This document shows, one piece after another, positions 7,227-13,893 of a stretch of 13,893 nt of DNA. The DNA comes from Promethearchaeota archaeon (lineage in GTDB: Archaea; Asgardarchaeota; Lokiarchaeia; Sigyniarchaeales; SOKP01). A program made the position numbers and the translations under genes. The DNA lies in the NCBI GenBank assembly GCA_019894975.1, contig JAGXNO010000070.1, positions 1 through 13,893 of the forward strand, in the 5' to 3' direction. Each line of letters starts with the position of its first letter. Positions within the stretch are counted from its first letter, which is position 1. Below the pieces are notes generated by a model. That model saw only the letters and a list, made by a program, of their open reading frames with translations, was not told the DNA's origin and did no database searches.

Positions 7227-9224
7227 TTGACAGAAATTAAAAAGGAAATTAAACTCACAGGTAATGAAAGACCTAAGATTGGAGTGTATGTATGCCATTG
7301 TGGTGTTAATATAGGAGGTGTTGTTTCAGTTCCAGACTTAATCGAAAATGCCAAAACATTACCTAATGTGGAAGTTGGTCGAGAATATAAATTCTTTTGC
7401 TCTGATGTTGGGCAAAAAATGATAAAGGAAGATATTGAAGCAGGATTGGTTAATCGAGTGGTAGTTGCAGCATGTTCTCCTCGAATGCATGAACCAACTT
7501 TTAGAATTGCTTGTAAAGAAGCTGGTTTAAACCAATTCTTATTTGAAATGGCAAATATCAGAGAACACTCTACTTGGGTTCATATGAAAGAACCTGAAGG
7601 TGCTTATGAAATTGCTAAAGATCACATCAGAATGGCTATAGCAAAGGCTAGAGAATTGGTCCCGCTTGAAGTACAAAAAGTAAATGTAGAACCTTCATGT
7701 TTAATCATTGGTGGGGGAATTACTGGAATGAATGCCGCATTAGATATCGCAACATCGGGATATAAGGTGTATCTGGTTGAGAGGACACCAACGATCGGAG
7801 GCCACATGGCCCAACTTGATAAAACATTCCCAACAATGGATTGTTCATCATGTATTCTAACACCTAAAATGAGCGAAGTTTCACGCAAAAAGAATATTGA
7901 ACTTCTAACATATTCTGAAGTAACAGAAGTAACTGGATATGTTGGAAATTTTGAAGTAACTATCCTCAAAAAACCTCATTATGTTGACCAAGAGAAATGT
8001 ACTGCTTGCGGGATATGTATTGATTCTTGTCCAATAACCGTTGGAAATGAATTTGAAATTGGTTTAGGTACGCGAAAAGCAATTTATGTTCCTTTTCCAC
8101 AAGCAGTTCCGGGTCAGTACACAATAGATTTGGAAAATTGCATTAAATGTGGGATTTGTGCTAGAAAAGATGTATGTGAACCTGAGGCAATAAATTTTGA
8201 TGATGAGCCTGAATATATTAAAGTTAAAGTGGGCACAATAATAGTTGCAACCGGATATGACTCTTACGATCCAACTGCATTAAAGCAGTATGGTTATGGA
8301 AAATATCCTAATGTAATCACAGGGCTTCAAATGGAACGCCTATTAAGCTCTTTCGGACCGGTCATTGGGAAACCTGTTAGACCTTCCGACCTTAAAGAAC
8401 CTCATAGTATTGCTTTCCTTCAATGTGTAGGGAGTAGAAACTTCAGAGAGGGTGGAAATAAATATTGTTCTAGGGTTTGTTGCATGTACGCAACCAAACA
8501 AGCAAGACAATACAAAGAAAAGCACCCTGAAGCGGATATCTATATATTCTATATAGATATTAGAGCCTTTGGCAAAGGTTATGAAGAATTTTATGAATCC
8601 GCAGCAGAAAATTATGGAATAAATTATATTAGAGGGAGAATTGCTGAAGTGAGTGAAGATGAAAATCATAACATTATTATCAGATCTGAAGATACGTTGC
8701 TTCAACAACCGATTGAAATGAAAGTTGATCTATTTGTTCTTTCTACGGGAATTGAACCCAGAGCCGATGCTGAAATGATAACATCATTATTAAGAATCCA
8801 GAGATCCGCTGATGGATTTTTCTTAGAGGCTCATCCTAAACTAAGACCTGTAGATACTTTAACAGAAGGTATATTCATTGCTGGTGTTGCTCAGGGACCA
8901 AAAGATATTCCTGATTCTGTTGGACAAGCTAAAGCTGCTGCTGCGAGTGCGATTGCGTTAATGGCACAAGGTGAAGTGGAAATAGAACCTTACTTTGCTG
9001 TAGTTCGTCCGGAACGGTGTATTGGCTGTAATATGTGCGTAGAAAACTGTGCATATGGTGCCATTGAGCTCATGAATGATAAAAGATTTGGTACAATAGC
9101 AACAATTAATGAGGCTTTATGTAAAGGATGTGGAGCTTGTGCTGGAAATTGTAGATGTTCTGCAATTGATATTAAAGGCTTCACAGGAGAGCAAATTTAT
9201 TCAATTATAACCGGAAGATTATAA
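7227..9224 (+). CDS. hdrA: Heterodisulfide reductase subunit A (FAD/Fe-S electron-bifurcating subunit)
   Basis: GVYVCHCGVNI, VVVAACSPRMHE, ANIREH, FAD-binding IGGGITG, LDKTFPTMDCSSCILTPKM, an inserted 2x[4Fe-4S] domain, QCVGSR...YCSRVCCMYATK, QGPKDI, and a C-terminal 2x[4Fe-4S] domain. No fused MvhD. Confidence 0.98.
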   Translation: MTEIKKEIKLTGNERPKIGVYVCHCGVNIGGVVSVPDLIENAKTLPNVEVGREYKFFCSDVGQKMIKEDIEAGLVNRVVVAACSPRMHEPTFRIACKEAGLNQFLFEMANIREHSTWVHMKEPEGAYEIAKDHIRMAIAKARELVPLEVQKVNVEPSCLIIGGGITGMNAALDIATSGYKVYLVERTPTIGGHMAQLDKTFPTMDCSSCILTPKMSEVSRKKNIELLTYSEVTEVTGYVGNFEVTILKKPHYVDQEKCTACGICIDSCPITVGNEFEIGLGTRKAIYVPFPQAVPGQYTIDLENCIKCGICARKDVCEPEAINFDDEPEYIKVKVGTIIVATGYDSYDPTALKQYGYGKYPNVITGLQMERLLSSFGPVIGKPVRPSDLKEPHSIAFLQCVGSRNFREGGNKYCSRVCCMYATKQARQYKEKHPEADIYIFYIDIRAFGKGYEEFYESAAENYGINYIRGRIAEVSEDENHNIIIRSEDTLLQQPIEMKVDLFVLSTGIEPRADAEMITSLLRIQRSADGFFLEAHPKLRPVDTLTEGIFIAGVAQGPKDIPDSVGQAKAAAASAIALMAQGEVEIEPYFAVVRPERCIGCNMCVENCAYGAIELMNDKRFGTIATINEALCKGCGACAGNCRCSAIDIKGFTGEQIYSIITGRL

Positions 9225-9289
9225 AAGTAAGATTAGTAATTTTTTACCTAATTTTTATATTTTAAGTCATATATAGAAGATTTAGTTCT

Positions 9290-9928
9290 ATGATTGATAA
9301 GTGGCTTTCAAAAACTAAATTAAATGGATTTATTGAGAAAGTTGTAAAGAAATTATTCTATGAAAAGATTTCAGCCAATTCACTCACTCTATTGGCACTA
9401 ATTACGGGATTGTTAAGCTCTTTATCAATTTTCTTGAGCGGAGTTTTAATTTGGGAAATAGAATTGATAATATGTGCTGTTTCCTTAATGATCTTATCTT
9501 TTTTCTTAGATGTGTTAGATGGAGCGCTGGCGAGAATAGAAGGACCAACAATCTTTGGTGGGATCTTAGATATTTTTAGTGATAGAACTGTAGAAGTGTT
9601 ACTAATTATTTCACTTGTTTCATTGGATCAAAAATATTTAATGTGGCCAGGGATATTTTCTCTTGGTTCCATTATATTATGCATTACTATGTTTCTTTTA
9701 ATTGGTGGTGCTGTTAAAGCTCAAGAGATAGAAGAAACTAAAAAAGTAATATATTATCGAAAAAGTCTAATGGAAAGGGGAGAAACTTTCATTTTATTAT
9801 TATTGATTACGGTTATAGTTCCATGGCGAGCCCTCACGTTATGGATTTTTGCTTTCTTAGTCTTTTTAACAGCAATCCTAAGACTTAGGGACGCCTATCT
9901 TCTGTTAAAGAATAATAATAATTCATAA
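9290..9928 (+). CDS. CDP-alcohol phosphatidyltransferase family membrane protein
   Basis: Signature DVLDGALAR...GGILDIFSDR, ANSLT motif, ERGET motif and multiple hydrophobic helices. Substrate cannot be determined from sequence. Confidence 0.93.
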   Translation: MIDKWLSKTKLNGFIEKVVKKLFYEKISANSLTLLALITGLLSSLSIFLSGVLIWEIELIICAVSLMILSFFLDVLDGALARIEGPTIFGGILDIFSDRTVEVLLIISLVSLDQKYLMWPGIFSLGSIILCITMFLLIGGAVKAQEIEETKKVIYYRKSLMERGETFILLLLITVIVPWRALTLWIFAFLVFLTAILRLRDAYLLLKNNNNS

Positions 9929-10002
9929 GTGTAATAAACAGTAAACTAAATTAATAAATTTAAAGGGAAATCTTTTAAAATCGATATATCATATAAATCA
10001 TT

Positions 10003-11310
10003 ATGAGTTCACAAACTCCAGAAGATATACTTGAAACCATTCGACAAGAAAATGAGGATAAATTTGGAATACTCTGTCTGAATTGTTTAATAGTAAGAAC
10101 TAGATTTAAGGAATTAGAAAAATTTGTTGAGAATAATAGGATAAGAGTTCCAATAAATGAGGATCTTACGAAATTGGATTATCTTGATCATATAAGTATT
10201 CATTTTTACAAAAAGTATCGTGAAATTAAAGAACTTCAGAAAATTTTCCCAACATGCCTTGCATTCATAGCAGATATGCTTTTTAAGGACGAAAAGATCA
10301 AAAAATACTTATCCCGTTTTGATTTTATTGCAAAGCATGAGTTGATAGACGTTTTCGCGGATTACTGTGCTGATATGGGTATAGCTGTTTATGACACCTC
10401 TGGAATAAGTGAAAAAAAATATAACTGCGACTTATATTTAATTAAGAAAAAACCAGTATTAAGAACTGAGGCTGTTTTTGTAAGGACAGGCACACAATTG
10501 ACAGAGGAAGAGTACAAAAATACTTTTTATTTATTGAATGAGGCTTCAAAAGTTGCAATATGGACCGTTTTTGTTACTACACCAAGAGGAGTTTACAATA
10601 TTGGATTTGAGAGACTTCTCTCTGATATGGAAAAATTAAATGTCTGGCTCTATATTGTAGATCCGATTCACCAAAGAGTATTAGGGATTACTAAAGGTAA
10701 GAAATCAAAAGATCATGACACTAATATTAGGGATGAATATATTAACAAACTCCCTAGAGAACCAATACGAGCACAATCAAGGTTAAAATTGATTTCTGGT
10801 TATGATTTTAATGAATCGGATTCATATAGTCCAAAGAAATTTGTAATGTATGAAATTTTGCCAAAAGAACTGGCTTTGGAGCGTGAAGAATCTCTGGTGA
10901 GGAAACCAATGTACCGAGAGATCTTCAGAACTTTATTGGTAATTGATAAGATATCCGGATTACCTTTAATTACTTACTCGCGTGAAGATTTAGGCTTCGA
11001 TCAAGAGTTAGTGTCTGGTTTTTTGAGTGCTATGGATTCCTTTGTCTCTGAAATAGGGGGTTCGGAAGCTATGGATGAAATAAGTTATAAAGGTTTCTCT
11101 ATTCACGCAACATACGGTAAATGGATAAAAGGGGCGCTTATACTTTCAACACCTGCTAATAAAAGTCTAAAAGAACGACTCTCGTATTTCGTAGTAGACT
11201 TTGAAGAAAGATATACCGATGAAATCAATGTTTTTTTAGAAACAGGCAGAACTACTCCTTTCGATCCATCCAAAATTAATCCTGATATTAAAGATATACT
11301 TGATGTATAG
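10003..11310 (+). CDS. Hypothetical protein with a putative PD-(D/E)XK-like central domain and a C-terminal longin-like domain
   Basis: The C-terminal ~130 aa (LLVIDKISGLPL...DQELVSGFLSAMDSFVSEI...FVVDFEERY) follow the Asgard longin-like pattern. The central alpha/beta region resembles a restriction-endonuclease fold. TATA-like TTTTAAAA at 9973-9980. Confidence 0.75.
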   Translation: MSSQTPEDILETIRQENEDKFGILCLNCLIVRTRFKELEKFVENNRIRVPINEDLTKLDYLDHISIHFYKKYREIKELQKIFPTCLAFIADMLFKDEKIKKYLSRFDFIAKHELIDVFADYCADMGIAVYDTSGISEKKYNCDLYLIKKKPVLRTEAVFVRTGTQLTEEEYKNTFYLLNEASKVAIWTVFVTTPRGVYNIGFERLLSDMEKLNVWLYIVDPIHQRVLGITKGKKSKDHDTNIRDEYINKLPREPIRAQSRLKLISGYDFNESDSYSPKKFVMYEILPKELALEREESLVRKPMYREIFRTLLVIDKISGLPLITYSREDLGFDQELVSGFLSAMDSFVSEIGGSEAMDEISYKGFSIHATYGKWIKGALILSTPANKSLKERLSYFVVDFEERYTDEINVFLETGRTTPFDPSKINPDIKDILDV

Positions 11311-11396
11311 CACTTATTTGTAACTCTTTTATAATTATAAAGGAAATTTATTTATATTTTTCAAATTGATTTTATATAGATAATTATTATCAAAAA

Positions 11397-11792
11397 GTGA
11401 TGCTTATTACAAAAAAACCAAAAAACATTGGAATAACTAATGGCAAATTTCATCCCTGTCCAAGCTCCCCAAACTGTGTTTCTACTCAAAGTATAGATGA
11501 GAAGCATAAAATGGATCCAATAAACTTTGAAGGTAGCTTGGAAGAAGCAAGATCAAAAATCATTAACATAATAAAATCATTAAAAAGATCAAAAATCATT
11601 GTTGAAACAGAGAAATATCTTCATATTGAGTTTAGAACAGCTGTTTGGCGTTTTGTAGACGATGTTGAATTTTATTTTGATGAGACAGAAAAAGAAATTC
11701 ATTTCCGATCTGCAGCCCGACTAGGCTATTCTGATATGGGCGTTAACAAAAAACGAATGGAAAATATTACAATTTCTTTCATGAATTCTTAG
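11397..11792 (+). CDS. DUF1499 family protein
   Basis: PCPSSPNCVST, FVDDVEFYFD and IHFRSAARLGYSDMGVNKKR motifs. The start may be ATG11400. TATA-like TTTATATA at 11371-11378. Confidence 0.9.
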   Translation: MMLITKKPKNIGITNGKFHPCPSSPNCVSTQSIDEKHKMDPINFEGSLEEARSKIINIIKSLKRSKIIVETEKYLHIEFRTAVWRFVDDVEFYFDETEKEIHFRSAARLGYSDMGVNKKRMENITISFMNS

Positions 11793-11954
11793 AATCATAT
11801 ATTTCATTTTTTCATCATTATTAATAAAATAATTACTAATCTTCAATTTTGCATATATTTTTATTGCTTAGAAAGGGAGCAAATTTATTTAACATAATAA
11901 GCATATTAAAATTCTTAGTTTCCCGTTATATTAGTAGCGAAATAATATTTTCAC

Positions 11955-12332
11955 GTGGTTTATATGAATGAGAAAAAATTAGTTTTTGTTTATAATGCTG
12001 ATTCGGATGTCATTAGTATAGTAAAAGATTTCTGGAAGAAAATGCTACGACCAAGCTCTTACGAGTGTAATTTGTGTGCTACGACATTTTCTACTTTTGG
12101 TATGAAAAAAGACTGGAAGAAGTTTATAAATAAATTAGATATTGAAGCAGAATTTCTACACAGAGATGAATTTGAAGAAAAATATGATGTTCCAGATGCA
12201 AAATTTCCATCAGCTTATTTGAAGAATGGGACTTCTTTTGATTTGTTAATTAACCAAGAAGAAATGAATAAAGTTAAATCACTAGACGAAATGGAAGCTT
12301 TAGTGCTAGCAAAACTTGGTTCTGCTTCTTAG
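11955..12332 (+). CDS. Conserved hypothetical CxxC protein (possibly thioredoxin-like fold)
   Basis: LVFVYNADS, PSSYECNLCATT, W..F, EFLHRDEF and FPSAY motifs, which I recognise from a conserved uncharacterised, mostly bacterial family. Start is GTG11955 or ATG11964. Confidence 0.8.
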   Translation: MVYMNEKKLVFVYNADSDVISIVKDFWKKMLRPSSYECNLCATTFSTFGMKKDWKKFINKLDIEAEFLHRDEFEEKYDVPDAKFPSAYLKNGTSFDLLINQEEMNKVKSLDEMEALVLAKLGSAS

Positions 12333-12377
12333 TTTTCTTTTTCTTTATTGCATAATAGAATCATTAAATAATAATAA

Positions 12378-12611
12378 AATCTTGATGTTCCGGTTGAATT
12401 TAAAAAGAAGGATAAATTTCAATTTGAATTCTTACATAAAGATGAGTTTGATCAAAGATACAATGTAAAGGACGCAAAATTCCCATCTGCTTACTTACTG
12501 GGTAAAACTGGTTTAGAATTATTTATAACACAAAAAGAGATGAATTCTGTGAAAACTATTGATGAATTAAAAGAGGTTGTAAATAAGAAAATTGAAGAAT
12601 TTGGAGTTTAA
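12378..12611 (+). pseudogene. 5'-truncated paralog of the upstream CxxC hypothetical gene
   Basis: Manual translation: NLDVPVEFKKKDKFQFEFLHKDEFDQRYNVKDAKFPSAYLLGKTGLELFITQKEMNSVKTIDELKEVVNKKIEEFGV*. It aligns with the C-terminal half of 11955-12332 (EFLHRDEFEEKYDVPDAKFPSAYL...EMNKVKSLDEM). Three in-frame TAA codons lie at 12369-12377, with no start at the 5' end. Confidence 0.88.
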
Positions 12612-12656
12612 TTCTGAATTCCGATTTCTCTGAAAACCAATCAAGTTCATATCAAT

Positions 12657-13892
12657 CTATTTTTCCCATTGAGGTCGTAACAGTTCCAATGCTTGAGTAG
12701 TATCATGAGTTGGCGGTTTACAAATTTTATTGATACATATATATGCAGTTGCTTTTTTATCGAGATTAGTAAAAAATTGAACAAAATTAGAGAGACTATC
12801 GATTTCAGGAATTTCTTGATCAGTTCTTCGTTGCAATATTACTTTATTTGGAATATATTCATTTCTTAAAACATCTATCATTAAATTGGTATCTTCATCT
12901 TCCGTATTTCCTGCTATTACTAATGAATAGGAAGGGCCAATAGCAAAATCTATAGCGACTAAGAATTGAGTATGCGCCAATGGGTTTGCTCTAATTCTTT
13001 CAGAAAAAACTTTATTTAAGATATATGCTTTTTCCTCTAATTCGGAATCTCCAGTAATATAACTCAATCTTAATAAATTTAACATCGCAATTGAATTTCC
13101 AGAGGGAATAGCCCCATCATATATTTCCTTTTGTCGAGTTAATAATTCTTCTGCTGTATTTGCAGTAAAATAGAAGCCCCCAATATTCTCATCCCAAAAA
13201 TCCTGAAATTGAATATTATGTAAGGTCAAAGCCCATTCTAAGCAAGAAATATCAAAAGTAGCTTCATATAATTCTATTAAACCCCATATGAGAAAACTAT
13301 AATCGGTTAAATAACCGTTGATTTCCGAAACACCATCCTTATATCTATGTAACAGTTTGTTATCTGAATCAAGAAGATTTGAAAGTATAAATTTCACTGC
13401 TTTCATAGAGGAATTGATATATGACTCTTCTTTGAACGCAATAGCTCCCTTAGCTAAGGCAGCAATCATCAATCCATTCCAATCGGTTAGTATTTTATCA
13501 TCTTTATGAGGGTGAATTCTAGTTTCCCTTTTCTCAAATAACTTTTTCCGGATCTTTTCAATTTTCTCTTGAACATCATTTCCCAGATATTTCTTAAGAT
13601 GCAAAATATTTTTCTTTGTTTTTTTCCCTGTTGCTTCTTCTAGGTAATTTCCTGATTCATCTACATTGAATAATTTGGTTGCTAATTCTAGTTCATCACT
13701 TTCAAGAACACTTTCTAATTCATTTTTAGACCAGACATAGAATTTACCTTCTTCACCTTCACTATCCGCATCCTCAGCGGAATAAAATCCTCCCTCTGGA
13801 GAAGCCATATCTCTTAATACATAGGTAAAAATTTCCTGAGCAGAATTTTTATAGATTTCATTTTTAGTAGCTTGATATGCTTCGATATAAGC
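12657..13892 (-). CDS. yyaL: YyaL/SPATA20-like (COG1331) thioredoxin-domain / six-hairpin glycosidase-like protein, 5'-partial
   Basis: GGFYSAEDADSEGEEGKFYVW, DDKILTDWNGLMIAAL, YDGAIPSGNS and AYICINKICKPP motifs. The frame stays open past M13808 to the window edge (AYIEAYQATKNEIYKNSAQEIFTYVLRD-M), so the gene starts outside the window. Confidence 0.93.
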   Translation of the reverse strand, partial: AYIEAYQATKNEIYKNSAQEIFTYVLRDMASPEGGFYSAEDADSEGEEGKFYVWSKNELESVLESDELELATKLFNVDESGNYLEEATGKKTKKNILHLKKYLGNDVQEKIEKIRKKLFEKRETRIHPHKDDKILTDWNGLMIAALAKGAIAFKEESYINSSMKAVKFILSNLLDSDNKLLHRYKDGVSEINGYLTDYSFLIWGLIELYEATFDISCLEWALTLHNIQFQDFWDENIGGFYFTANTAEELLTRQKEIYDGAIPSGNSIAMLNLLRLSYITGDSELEEKAYILNKVFSERIRANPLAHTQFLVAIDFAIGPSYSLVIAGNTEDEDTNLMIDVLRNEYIPNKVILQRRTDQEIPEIDSLSNFVQFFTNLDKKATAYICINKICKPPTHDTTQALELLRPQWEK

Positions 13893-13893
13893 T

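Noticed and set aside
657-9224. TusA plus Hdr as an sHdr-type sulfur oxidation system
   Set aside because: The Hdr genes are the canonical hdrCBA type, not the hdrC1B1A-hyp-C2B2 arrangement. No dsrE, rhodanese or lipoate-binding protein genes are present, and tusA is coupled to moeB and the PP-loop gene instead.
5663-9224. Evidence of methanogenesis
   Set aside because: HdrABC is widespread in non-methanogens, and there are no mcr or mtr genes in the window.
11955-12332. GTPase function (a label I recall on some homologs of this family)
   Set aside because: No P-loop GxxxxGK[ST], DxxG or NKxD motifs.
12385-12407. ATG12385 plus T-TTA-AAA heptamer (12399-12405) as a -1 frameshift rescuing the paralog fragment
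   Set aside because: Homology (NLDVPVEF) continues upstream of the heptamer in the fragment's own frame, and such heptamers are frequent by chance in AT-rich DNA.
182-13509. Short alternative-frame or antisense ORFs (182-400, 421-612, 1279-1578, 2749-2976, 3249-3446, 4496-4750, 5958-6152, 6741-6941, 7622-7969, 8343-8708, 8990-9184, 13318-13509)
   Set aside because: All overlap well-supported genes and show no recognisable motifs; they are shadow ORFs.
13806-13808. ATG at 13808 as the yyaL start
   Set aside because: The reading frame and family similarity continue to the window edge; this is an internal Met.

Overview
AT-rich archaeal contig end, most consistent with Asgard archaea (Lokiarchaeia/Promethearchaeota). 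This taxonomy is inferred from a longin-like domain protein, a multi-PAS kinase, methanogen-type HdrCBA with an MvhG fragment, and TATA-like boxes. Bases 1-21 are an untrimmed Nextera/Tn5 adapter. The rest, in order: a sulfur-relay cluster (partial MoeB/ThiF E1-like enzyme, TusA-family carrier, THUMP-less MnmA/ThiI-like PP-loop ATPase); an orphan PAS-GAF histidine kinase with a collapsed PAS domain; a small basic protein; an unannotated 5'-truncated mvhG/vhuG fragment directly upstream of an intact hdrC-hdrB-hdrA operon; a CDP-alcohol phosphatidyltransferase; a 435-aa protein apparently fusing a degenerate PD-(D/E)XK-like domain to a longin-like domain; a DUF1499 protein; a CxxC hypothetical protein followed by an unannotated 5'-truncated paralog; and a partial YyaL/SPATA20-family gene on the minus strand. 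I saw no RNA genes, CRISPR arrays or mobile elements. All family assignments come from motif recognition by eye, not database searches.
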